From Chloroflexota bacterium (lineage in GTDB: Bacteria > Chloroflexota > Dehalococcoidia > SZUA-161): 61,195 nucleotides of DNA. Below the pieces are notes generated by a model. That model did not search any database, was not told where the DNA came from, and was given only the letters and a program-made list of their open reading frames with translations. This document shows positions 19,491 through 27,995 of the stretch, one piece after another; positions within the stretch are counted from its first letter, which is position 1; every line of letters starts with the position of its first letter. Both the position numbers and the translations under genes were made by a program. The stretch covers positions 1-61,195 of the forward strand of contig JAJYLC010000003.1 of assembly GCA_021787935.1 (NCBI GenBank). The letters are read 5' to 3'.

Positions 19491-19597
19491 AGCGCACCTG
19501 TTTGGGCGCCTCTCACTAATCCATTGTACCTGTTGGTCCGCTCTCTATTCTATGCTCGTGGGTGCTTCTTAACAAGGGGCGAGAGGTTTGGTCCGGG

Positions 19598-19630
19598 GCA
19601 CCTGGATTCCCGCCTGCGCGGGAATGATAT
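19598..19630. repeat. Short hairpin repeat (gcacctggATTCCCGCctgcGCGGGAATgatat)
   Basis: 8-bp stem at 19606-19613 / 19618-19625. Copies at 21386-21418 and 22923-22942. Confidence 0.8.
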
Positions 19631-19724
19631 TGTGTATGCTGTTAGGGCTCAGAGTGACACCTTTATATGCAAGGCATCGTGAATGCCGGAAGCAGAAGTC
19701 CAATCATATGCCACCGTACCGAAG

Positions 19725-21131
19725 CTAATTCAGGATGACCTCATCCTGATACTTCGGCACCGATATTTCCCAATGTGTTCTCTCTCTCAGGAACTGAGCA
19801 AAGTGGCAAGCGACCTCCAGCTCACCGTGGGTGATAAAGAGATGTAAAGGACTTTTCTCTAAACCAGACAGCCATCTGAATAGCTCACCCCTATCGGCAT
19901 GCCCGGAAAGACCATTCATGTGAATAATCCTTGCCAATACGGCACGCATTTGTCCTAATATACCGACCTGCTTCGAGCCCTCGACAATCTGCCTGCCCAG
20001 AGTTCCGATTGCCTGGTATGCAACGAATAGTATCGCACTCTCTGACCTGGATATATTACTTGCAAGGTGATGTCTTATTCTGCCCCCCGTGCACATGCCC
20101 GAGCCAGCTATGATGATGGCGGTATCACCGGTGTGATCTATGACCATTGACTCCTCAATTGTCCTGACAATCCTTAGGCCGGGAAAGTCGAACGGGGATT
20201 TCCCCTGGCGCAAGAGTTCGCTTGTTTCCTCATCGACCAGATCGAGATGGTGCTTGAAAACCTCGGTGACATTTGTCGCCATGGGGCTATCCAGGTAGAC
20301 CATCAAATACGGTATGCGGCCCTCCAGGCGCAATTTGTTCAAGCGATACAGTATTTCCTGGGACCTCTCCAGCGCAAAGCTAGGGATAACTATGTTCCCT
20401 CCGGCTTTTCTGGTGGAGTTTATGACATCGGCGAGCATATCCTCTACATTTTTCTGCTCCTCATGCAGCCTATCGCCGTATGTGGATTCCACCACTACGT
20501 AATCGGCTTCGTGGAGAAGTGTGGGGTCACGAAGTATGGGGCTGCCCCACCTTCCAATGTCTCCAGAGAACAATAGCGTCCTGTGCTCTCCGCCTTGTTT
20601 TACCTCAAATTTGATAATGGCAGAGCCGAGCACATGACCTGCGTCGTAGAATGTTGCTTCAATCCCGTCCCGTAACGCAATTGAGTTTTCGTATCTCACA
20701 GGAGAGAACAACGGGAAACAGTTCTTTACTTGACTCGTTGTGTACAGCGGGACCTCCGGATATGGCCTGCGCACAGGATCACATTCATGCGTTTCGTGCC
20801 TAAACTCTGCTTCATGCTCCTGCACATGAGCAAAATCCATGAGAAAAAGCCTGGAGAGCTCGGCGGTGGCAGCCGTGCAATAGACTTTTCCCCCGAACCC
20901 CTCGTGAACCAGCTTGGGCAACAAACCACAATGGTCGAGATGAGCGTGTGTGAGAAGGACAGCATCTATGGTTTGGGGAGTGACCGGGAACGGAGCCCAG
21001 TTTCTTCCACTAAAATGCCTTTCTTGATAAAGCCCGCAATCCACAAGAAGCCTTACGCCATTGCATTCCAGCAAATAAGCAGAACCAGTGACGTTCTGAG
21101 CTGCGCCCAGAAAACTCAGCTTGATCTTTAT
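19725..21131 (-). CDS. Beta-CASP family metallo-beta-lactamase RNase (RNase J/CPSF-like)
   Basis: HAHLDHCG motif and a beta-CASP body. The conserved N-terminal strand (KIKLSFLGAAQNVTGSAYLLE) lies upstream of the first ATG (21074). AGGAGG is placed for an ATA (21131) or ATC start. Confidence 0.75.
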   Translation of the reverse strand: MKIKLSFLGAAQNVTGSAYLLECNGVRLLVDCGLYQERHFSGRNWAPFPVTPQTIDAVLLTHAHLDHCGLLPKLVHEGFGGKVYCTAATAELSRLFLMDFAHVQEHEAEFRHETHECDPVRRPYPEVPLYTTSQVKNCFPLFSPVRYENSIALRDGIEATFYDAGHVLGSAIIKFEVKQGGEHRTLLFSGDIGRWGSPILRDPTLLHEADYVVVESTYGDRLHEEQKNVEDMLADVINSTRKAGGNIVIPSFALERSQEILYRLNKLRLEGRIPYLMVYLDSPMATNVTEVFKHHLDLVDEETSELLRQGKSPFDFPGLRIVRTIEESMVIDHTGDTAIIIAGSGMCTGGRIRHHLASNISRSESAILFVAYQAIGTLGRQIVEGSKQVGILGQMRAVLARIIHMNGLSGHADRGELFRWLSGLEKSPLHLFITHGELEVACHFAQFLRERTHWEISVPKYQDEVILN

Positions 21132-21261
21132 GCTTGAGCCTCCTGCAATATGTTCATCTTCGCTGGCGCGAATTGATTTCTTTAAAAACCTTGTTGCACT
21201 ATATTCTACCTGATATCAAGGCACGAGGAAACGGGGACAGGTCATGCGGCAATGACAAGGA

Positions 21262-21575
21262 GGGCGAGGAAACCTCGCCCCTACTGCATACTGTGCCGCT
21301 ATAAGATGGACTCGGGGACAGACGAGGGCGTCTGTCCTACCGGTATGGCCCGATTTTTATTACGGGGGCGGCTCGTCCCTACAGCGCACCTAGATTCCTG
21401 CCTGCGCAGGAATGACATGAAAAGGGCGACCCCATGGGGAGCAACCTGCGAGGCCCTTCAGCAATCCTTCGGCGAGCTCAGGACAGGGCTCAGGACAGGC
21501 TGGGAAGCCTGTCATACCGAACTGAATCCCGTTGTACGGAAGGCCGTAGGGCGGGTTTCCCAACCCGCCCTACGG
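21262..21575. repeat. Cluster of GC-rich hairpin modules in the 21138-21579 spacer
   Basis: Hairpins at 21262-21280 (gggcgagg/cctcgccc), 21394-21413 (attcctgc/gcaggaat), 21494-21513 (gacaggct/agcctgtc) and 21544-21575 (14-bp perfect stem). Confidence 0.8.
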
Positions 21576-21579
21576 CTAT

Positions 21580-22023
21580 TTATTCGACGAAAACCTTCAC
21601 CTTTTCACCCTTTGCGCTTACCACGTCCACTTCCAGGTCGCTTAAAGCGCCAATAAGCTCTTCAATGTCTTCCGGTTTCATATTGCGTACGTCGAAACCG
21701 ATACCCTTCTCCCGCAAAGCCCCGTTCACTTTGTCCCTGGCCTCGGGCGGTATCAGGGAGGTCAGCTTGATGCCGGCGCGTATCAGCGACATGGGCACGC
21801 GCACATTTACACGATCCACATTTTGGCTGTGCTCGTGTTCCGGGTCAGGCAGCACGGTGACGCGCAGGTATTTGGGTTTGACTTTGCCCGCCGTTTCTGT
21901 CTTCGGCGTGCTTTCCTGGCCGCTCTCCGTAGAGTCGATTGCGCTGAGCAGGCGATAAGCATCGTCAACGCTTATCTTTTTATCAGCAAGCATCTCCAGT
22001 ATCTTTTTTCGGTTCTCAGCCAT
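21580..22023 (-). CDS. SHOCT-like domain protein (third gene of the DUF2089 cluster)
   Basis: N-terminal ILEMLADKKISVDDAYRLL is SHOCT-like. It lies downstream of the DUF2089 and small membrane genes. Confidence 0.55.
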   Translation of the reverse strand: MAENRKKILEMLADKKISVDDAYRLLSAIDSTESGQESTPKTETAGKVKPKYLRVTVLPDPEHEHSQNVDRVNVRVPMSLIRAGIKLTSLIPPEARDKVNGALREKGIGFDVRNMKPEDIEELIGALSDLEVDVVSAKGEKVKVFVE

Positions 22024-22049
22024 GGCAGTATCCTCCTTTTCTTAACTGT

Positions 22050-22328
22050 CTATACGACAGAAATATATACAGATTGATGACGTCCCTGAATATCGATTTT
22101 TAGGCCGCGCAGTGAGCAAAATACCTGGTAGGCGGCCCTTAGAACAAACAGCGCCCGCTTTCCCCTGCCGCTGGGCCAGAGAATAATGACACCGATCAGT
22201 ATCAGCGGAGAGAGGATGATCAGGACCACCAGCGCCAGGGGCAGCAGCAGAAAGAGCGGCAGCCACAATCCGAAACCCCTGTGTTCCCCCTGAATTTTGA
22301 TGTGCATCCATGTGGGCGGTCGATTCAT
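22050..22328 (-). CDS. Small membrane protein
   Basis: Two hydrophobic helices (LWLPLFLLLPLALVVLIILSPLILIGVIILW). Overlaps the upstream gene's stop by 4 nt. Confidence 0.55.
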   Translation of the reverse strand: MNRPPTWMHIKIQGEHRGFGLWLPLFLLLPLALVVLIILSPLILIGVIILWPSGRGKRALFVLRAAYQVFCSLRGLKIDIQGRHQSVYISVV

Positions 22329-22687
22329 TTCGATAACCTCCTTATTGCCTCATCGGTGGAGATTTCTCCACGTTCAAGCTCACCGATTACTTCCTCTGTA
22401 GGTGAGACATGGACAATCTCGACTAACTCAAGCTGCCGGGCGATGCGGTTAATCCGGTTTTTCACGGTGGGATAGCTTATGCCGAACATCTCTTCCATCT
22501 CCTTGATGGAGCCGTGACAGCGAACAAAGGCCATCACGAAGACCTGGTCTTCCGCCGAGAGATTGGCCAGAGGCGGGAGGGTAAAGCTGCCTTCGATGGC
22601 GATGTCGCTATCCACCAGACGGACGCGTTCGACTGTTACCGGCTTACCCTGGGTCATTTTTGTCAGCTCGTGCCACTCTTTAGCCAT
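22325..22687 (-). CDS. DUF2089-family putative DNA-binding protein
   Basis: Contains VERVRLVDSDIAIEGSFTLPPLANL and an HTH-like GSIKEMEEMFGISYPTVKNRINRI. The start at MAKEWHEL (22687) is preferred over 22717. Confidence 0.65.
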   Translation of the reverse strand: MAKEWHELTKMTQGKPVTVERVRLVDSDIAIEGSFTLPPLANLSAEDQVFVMAFVRCHGSIKEMEEMFGISYPTVKNRINRIARQLELVEIVHVSPTEEVIGELERGEISTDEAIRRLSK

Positions 22688-22922
22688 TTCTACCACCATC
22701 AATAAAATTAATTGCATTATTAATTATCTTCATTATTTATAGCATATAATATTAAGTTTGTCAATAGTCATTTTAAATTTATTGAGGTTGTTAAAACCTC
22801 ATGTTTCATGCTCGATATTAAGAGGAAACGCCTCCGAATGCGCCAGTCATCCGGGGAGATTACGTACTGTTCAGTTGGCTAGTCTTTGTCCTGGTTAGGT
22901 GGCCAGGCTGTGAGGCTCCTTG

Positions 22923-23125
22923 ATTCCCGCTTGCGCGGGAATCTATCATGAACATCACATCGTTCACCACGAAGAATGAAAATATTTTTTCGGGGTAGCC
23001 TGGAGCACCCGCTCCAGGCCCAGGTCGGAGCAGGTGCTCCGACCTACCCGTAGCCAAAATGCAACTAGAAAAAGCCTATTTTCAAAGCAATGACATAAAA
23101 AGGGGCGACCCGACGGGTCGCCCCT
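22923..23125. repeat. Mosaic of intergenic repeat modules (locus 1)
   Basis: Modules: 22923-22942 hairpin; 22965-22985 caccacgaagaatgaaaatat; 22992-23050 double hairpin; 23076-23099 ctattttcaaagcaatgacataaa; 23101-23125 hairpin. All but the last recur at 38001-38362 in a different order. Confidence 0.85.
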
Positions 23126-23179
23126 ACAGAAAGCACAAAAGAGGCAAACTCTAAAGAGAAACCTAAATTACGAGTGGCT

Positions 23180-25096
23180 TTACCTGAGAAGGCCTTCCTT
23201 CTCTAACGTTCGAGCGACTTCGTTCAGGCCAAGCTCTCCGAGCTTGGCCCGCTTCTGCAAGCCGGAGGGGACGTCCCAGCCCCGAATTCCATAGAATTCG
23301 CCTTTCATCTTCTCGAACTGCTCGCGGTCCAGAACAGCGTCTTTTCTGGAGTAGAGCTCGCCATCTTTGCCCGGGACTAAACAGTCTTCGTTGCCGAAGT
23401 CACCCTTCAGCGGCGTGGTGAAGTTATATTCATCTATGGTGTCGAATTCCCTGCCCCGGTGTCCCTCCCTTACAAGAATAGCCCTCTGCAGGTTGAAATT
23501 CCTCTCACCGATCTTGTATAGCCCTGCTTCATCCACCTCTCTTCCCGTCACAGCCGCACAAATTTGGCTCTCCATAGACGGATCCCCTACCCCATCGGGC
23601 GAGGACTCCGAGAAGTAGACAGGCCAGAAAAGGTCGCATAGAATAAGGCTCTCCTTGGCATACTCGCGGTCTTGAATCATGGCCGCCGCCCGGGCCTTCC
23701 CCTCATACGTGGAGTAGTCCACCGCCAGCTCGCTGCCGAAGAACCGCCTGGCCATCTTGCGCAAGACTTCAGTGTTTGCCGGCGCGTCCTTCATGCCCAT
23801 GAGCCAGAGATGCCACAGCATCACCGGCACACTGACCTCATGAAGATTCTGAATGGGCAGCCTCGGCTCCATCGCCCAGAAAATGGCCGTGGTTATATAC
23901 AGCCTGGGCCCGTATAGTGCATTCTCGCCGGTTTTCACTATATAGTCTTTTATCAGACTCTGAGCTTCTTGCCCCAGACTCTGAGCTGCTTTATGGGTGC
24001 CTCCAGCGAGCACGTCTCCGAATCCCTCGCGGCCGGCTATCTTCTTCAGCAGCGTTTCGATAAACTCATAGCTGCCAATCTGGGAAAGCGGTATCCCCGT
24101 CCCCTCATCGGTCAATATCCCTGCCTTGTGGCATCTGCTCAGCCACATAATCATGGTCTCTACGGAACGGGTATCCAGACCTAAATCATCGCAGAGCTCG
24201 GTGGCTTTGATGGCTGCCTCGGTATTCCCAGAGTAGCGCTTGGCACGTGTCTCATAGAACATGGCAGCCTCGCACATGAACTTCCTCTCACCGCCATCGG
24301 GCTTTTTATAAGTCGAGCGTACGCATCCCGCCGGGCAGCCCTGGCAGAAACTCTTCTTCAATCTGTCCCGGGGCGTCAGCATCCCCAGAGCCAGCAACGG
24401 TTCGACATAGCCGGTGCTCAACTTTCGTATCTCGCCCCTGAGCCTGGAAAGCCTGTCCGGATGAGCTACCTTGAGCTTCCTATCACCCTTCACAGCGATG
24501 GCCCTGAGATTCTTAGAGCCCATCACCCCGGCCAGCCGCCCCGAGCCCACCGAATCATCGGAGGCCAGAAAAGTGGCAAAGCTCACCATGTTATCGCCCG
24601 CGGGGCCTACTGTGAGCACACGGACGGAATCGCCCAGGTCGTCTTTTATTATTTTCTCGCGCTGGAACGCGCTTTTGCTTGCGAAATGAGAGGCATCCTT
24701 TATCTCCACTTCATCGCCGTCAATCGAGATATACACAGGCTTGTCTGCCCTGCCTGAAACCACTACGCCGTCGTAGCCTGCCCACTTGAGATTAGCGCCC
24801 CAGGAGCCGCCCAGATTGCAGAAGGAGAACTGGTTGGTTCCCATAGACTTGCCGCAAATCTGGAAGCGGCTGGCGAAGCCGGGAACGCCGCAGAGCGGGC
24901 CGGTCATAAAAATAAGCCTGTTCTCGGGGTCAGAGGCATCGATTTTGGGCGGCACCTCATCCCAGTAGATTTTGGCAGCAATCCCCCTGCCGCCGAGGAA
25001 GAGGTCGGCATACTCGCTGGTGGGCACACGGGCGATGCTTGCTGATGACAAGTCTATCTTGAGAATATTTCCGGCGTACCCATTCTGACCCGTCAT
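23180..25096 (-). CDS. aor: Aldehyde:ferredoxin oxidoreductase family (tungsten/molybdopterin enzyme)
   Basis: N-terminus GYAGNILKIDLSSASIARVPT...LGGRGIAAKIYWDE is typical of AOR. The length of 638 aa fits. Confidence 0.85.
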   Translation of the reverse strand: MTGQNGYAGNILKIDLSSASIARVPTSEYADLFLGGRGIAAKIYWDEVPPKIDASDPENRLIFMTGPLCGVPGFASRFQICGKSMGTNQFSFCNLGGSWGANLKWAGYDGVVVSGRADKPVYISIDGDEVEIKDASHFASKSAFQREKIIKDDLGDSVRVLTVGPAGDNMVSFATFLASDDSVGSGRLAGVMGSKNLRAIAVKGDRKLKVAHPDRLSRLRGEIRKLSTGYVEPLLALGMLTPRDRLKKSFCQGCPAGCVRSTYKKPDGGERKFMCEAAMFYETRAKRYSGNTEAAIKATELCDDLGLDTRSVETMIMWLSRCHKAGILTDEGTGIPLSQIGSYEFIETLLKKIAGREGFGDVLAGGTHKAAQSLGQEAQSLIKDYIVKTGENALYGPRLYITTAIFWAMEPRLPIQNLHEVSVPVMLWHLWLMGMKDAPANTEVLRKMARRFFGSELAVDYSTYEGKARAAAMIQDREYAKESLILCDLFWPVYFSESSPDGVGDPSMESQICAAVTGREVDEAGLYKIGERNFNLQRAILVREGHRGREFDTIDEYNFTTPLKGDFGNEDCLVPGKDGELYSRKDAVLDREQFEKMKGEFYGIRGWDVPSGLQKRAKLGELGLNEVARTLEKEGLLR

Positions 25097-25236
25097 GGTA
25101 TCATCCTTTACTAACTATGAATACCCGATAACTCGATTATAGCGAATTCGAGGGGGGCTTTCCACCACCAGTCATGCGAGGCATTTACGAATAGGCAATA
25201 CGGGATATCTAAGGCAGGACCGGGCATGATTCAGAT

Positions 25237-25345
25237 GTCATTGCGAGCCCGCCTTTGGGGGCGTGGCAATCTCACCGCATTAAAGGTATTTACAGACACG
25301 AGAGATTGCCGCGTCGTCCTTCAAAGAAGGACTCCTCGCAAAGAC
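25237..25345. repeat. About 100-bp nested palindromic element (type 'tcattgcgag'), second copy
   Basis: Outer arms gtcattgcgagc (25237-25248) and cctcgcaaagac (25334-25345). Inner arms ggcaatctc (25265-25273) and gagattgcc (25302-25310). Confidence 0.85.
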
Positions 25346-25423
25346 ATATCGAAAATGTAACCTCTGGTAAGCGTGGGATTGGATAAAGAAGTGCGGCTAG
25401 GAAAGAAGCGGGACTATGGAAAG

Positions 25424-25593
25424 ACCGCCAGCATATCCAGCCCCGTAGTCTCGGGGAAGCCCAGCATGAGGTTCATGTTCTGAATCGCCTGACCCGCTCC
25501 ACCTTTAACCAGGTTGTCTATGCAGCTTATTACGATGAGCCTGCTTGTCCTTATGTCAACTGTGGGGTAGAGCAGGCAAAAGTTGCCGGTCAT
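25424..25593 (-). pseudogene. argC: C-terminal relic of argC (N-acetyl-gamma-glutamyl-phosphate reductase)
   Basis: The minus strand reads [59 protein letters not shown]. This matches only the last ~55 residues of ArgC. Upstream sequence is AT-rich and non-coding. Confidence 0.75.
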
Positions 25594-26090
25594 ACTTACT
25601 GGAAGGACTCGTCAACATAGCATCCATAAACGTAATAAGTATTTAACTTTTCGCTCTTCTTTTTTATGACTTATTAATCCTCTGCAAATATCATGATAAC
25701 ATCACGAAATCTTTAGAAAGAGATAATGCGTTTTGTATGGTTCAGGTAGGAGCACAAAGAGTAAGTACTAGTATTACACCTTACGATACTACCATATCAA
25801 ATAGGAAAATAGGTTTTTGACTATTGTTAAAAGATGTATTATCATTGTATACAGCGCCATTTGGTAGAGCGAACTTGACTTTTCTGGTCTCCTGTGTTAG
25901 CTTTCGTGTCAATTGTAGGAGGCGAACCAAAGGGCTCGCCCGAATTAAAAGCATATTGGCAGCTACAGAGTCTGACATTGCGGAAATTTACAGCCGGGCT
26001 AGCTTCGTATAGAATGTGCCCTGTTTTTAAAAGGCACATTTTTCATTCTACACTTAGCATTTTTAGAATAGATTCTTACAGGGGGCTCCT

Positions 26091-27182
26091 ATGATAAAGG
26101 TAGGCATCTTAGGCACAGGCGGTTACGTTGCCAAGGAGCTAATACGGCTTCTTCTTAATCATCCAGATTGTCACATAGAATGTTTAGTTTCTGAATCCAG
26201 TGAGGAGGGTAAGAATATTGGCGAAATCTTCCCCACATTCAGAAAGTTAATCAACAAAAACACAACAAAAGAGTTCGAAGCCCTGTTTGATTGCGAAGCT
26301 GTTCTGACATCAAAACCAGACGACAATTCTATCAAGAATGTACCTATACTGGTAGAACAACGTTGTCGCGTAATAGACCTAAGTGCTGCATATAGATTTC
26401 GGAACGCACATGTATACGAAACAACATATAATCGATCCCATACAAGCAAAGAGCTACTAAAAGAAGCTGTATACGGGCTGACTGAGCTTTATGGGGGAAA
26501 GATAAAGAGCGCAAAATTAGTTGCTAATCCAGGTTGTTATCCTGTTTCCGTAATTCTAGCTTGTGCCCCACTTTTGAAGGAGCAACTTGTTGATCCTGAT
26601 GACATTATAGTAGATTCATATTCCGGAGTCAGTGGTGCCGGAGCCGATCCCAAACCATACTCCGATTACCTTTTTTGTGAACTGATGGGAAACTTAAAGC
26701 CTTATAAAGTCTGTGAGCATAGGCATGCTCCTGAAATAGAACAGGAGCTCGGTTCGCTTGCCCAATGTAAGGCAACGATGACCTTCGTACCCCATCTCGC
26801 TCCATTAAAACGAGGTATATTGAGTTCAAGCTACCTTAAGTTAGAAAAGTCAGGGGTTTCCCCGAGCTATTTGAGGGATTTGTATGCCGATTTCTACAAA
26901 GATAAGTACTTCGTCCGCATTATGAAACCAAAAGAGGCACCAAGCGTCAGCAATGTGGCAGGAACTAATTTCTGTGATATAGGCATCTTCTCTGATAGGA
27001 GAACCTCTAGAGTCGTAGTTATATCGGCCATAGATAACCTTATCAAGGGGGCTGCAGGACAAGCTATTCAGAACTTGAACGTGATGTTTGGCTTAGACGA
27101 GACATCTGGACTGGTTGGCGTGAATGCTGAGACACCAGCAAATATGCTAGACAATATCACAATTGAAAAGCTGCTCAAGTGA
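26091..27182 (+). CDS. argC: N-acetyl-gamma-glutamyl-phosphate reductase
   Basis: KVGILGTGGYVAKELIRLL Rossmann start, PGCYP active-site Cys, and AIDNLIKGAAGQAIQNLNVMFGLDETSGL. The gene is visibly AT-richer than its neighbours. Confidence 0.85.
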   Translation: MIKVGILGTGGYVAKELIRLLLNHPDCHIECLVSESSEEGKNIGEIFPTFRKLINKNTTKEFEALFDCEAVLTSKPDDNSIKNVPILVEQRCRVIDLSAAYRFRNAHVYETTYNRSHTSKELLKEAVYGLTELYGGKIKSAKLVANPGCYPVSVILACAPLLKEQLVDPDDIIVDSYSGVSGAGADPKPYSDYLFCELMGNLKPYKVCEHRHAPEIEQELGSLAQCKATMTFVPHLAPLKRGILSSSYLKLEKSGVSPSYLRDLYADFYKDKYFVRIMKPKEAPSVSNVAGTNFCDIGIFSDRRTSRVVVISAIDNLIKGAAGQAIQNLNVMFGLDETSGLVGVNAETPANMLDNITIEKLLK

Positions 27183-27226
27183 TACGGAGACGAGCACCAA
27201 TGTAGATTTAGCTTCTTGGATTCAAA

Positions 27227-27266
27227 AAGGCTGGTTCCCCAGTAGGAGTGAACCAGCCTTTTTTCT
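27227..27266 (+). terminator. Rho-independent terminator after argC
   Basis: Stem aaggctggttc / gaaccagcctt (11 bp) followed by ttttc. Confidence 0.7.
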
Positions 27267-27300
27267 TGCTCGCTGTGAAACTTCTATTGCAGTGAACAAA

Positions 27301-27354
27301 TGCCACTACCGTGGCGACGAATCACATGCGTCGTGACAGGAGTCACGACGCTAC
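27301..27354 (-). repeat. Double-hairpin repeat 'gtagcgtcgtgactcc..' (inverted orientation)
   Basis: The reverse complement reads gtagcgtcgtgactcctgtcacgacg-catgtgatt-cgtcgccacggtagtggca. Copies at 38302-38362 and 41206-41263, with a half copy at 38001-38024. Confidence 0.85.
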
Positions 27355-27995
27355 ATTTCTTGCCGCTCGCCTACCGGACATACTACCACACATTTATCGC
27401 ATATCGCCAGTTGACCGCGGCGCTCACCGGATATGGCTGCCAGACAGCGGTCGGCATCCACTAAGCGATACGGCTGCAAAATCCTTACCGGACATGCCTC
27501 GATACATCGCTGGCACGACCTGCAATCAGGGTTCCCTTCTTTGGCATATACACCCGGGCCAGTCAGAGCCAGAGGCGCATTTGTCCTGATGGCCATGAAC
27601 CTGAGCCAGGGGCCGAAACGCGGGTTGATCACCACAGTGTTTTTGCCCTGCCTGCCCAGACCAGCAGCGACAGCCAGGTGTTTCAGGTTCGGCTTGCCGC
27701 TGGGAGAATAGCCCATCTTGCCCACAAGCTGGGCAGAGAAACCCTGCTTCCCGATGAAATCAAGCAAGGCATCCAGTTTGGGTTTGGCATATCTGACGAA
27801 GCCGCGCCAGAACGAATCCCTGCCGCCCTTCATCTCCTCTATTACGAAATCATCCAGGTCTCTTTCAGGTGTGGTTACTAAACCTAAAATCAGGATGGCG
27901 TCTTTAGTAGCAGGGTCACGAGCCACACCTACTGCATCGAAAAGAGAACGGGCACAGGCAAGTATTTCATCTTCCTTGCTCATATTCTGCCTCAA
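27351..27995 (-). CDS. QueG/reductive-dehalogenase-like 4Fe-4S protein
   Basis: Has AAGLGRQGKNTVVINPRFG plus two ferredoxin-type Cys motifs (CRSCQRCIEACP, CDKCVVVCP). Confidence 0.55.
   Translation of the reverse strand: MRQNMSKEDEILACARSLFDAVGVARDPATKDAILILGLVTTPERDLDDFVIEEMKGGRDSFWRGFVRYAKPKLDALLDFIGKQGFSAQLVGKMGYSPSGKPNLKHLAVAAGLGRQGKNTVVINPRFGPWLRFMAIRTNAPLALTGPGVYAKEGNPDCRSCQRCIEACPVRILQPYRLVDADRCLAAISGERRGQLAICDKCVVVCPVGERQEM

Noticed and set aside
21252-21958. ORFs 21252..21656, 21434..21958, 19200..19682, 22860..23057, 38138..38356 and 15105..15287 as protein-coding genes.
   Set aside because: They are read through the palindromic repeat modules. Shared peptide strings such as RSEHLLRPGPGA..APGYPEK and LDS.LR.ND are simply translations of repeated hairpins. 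They have no RBS and no coherent domain.
22923-23125. Possible CRISPR array, given the many short repeated palindromes.
   Set aside because: The repeats belong to several different sequence families. Spacing is irregular, no unit is iterated head-to-tail with unique spacers, and no cas genes are present.
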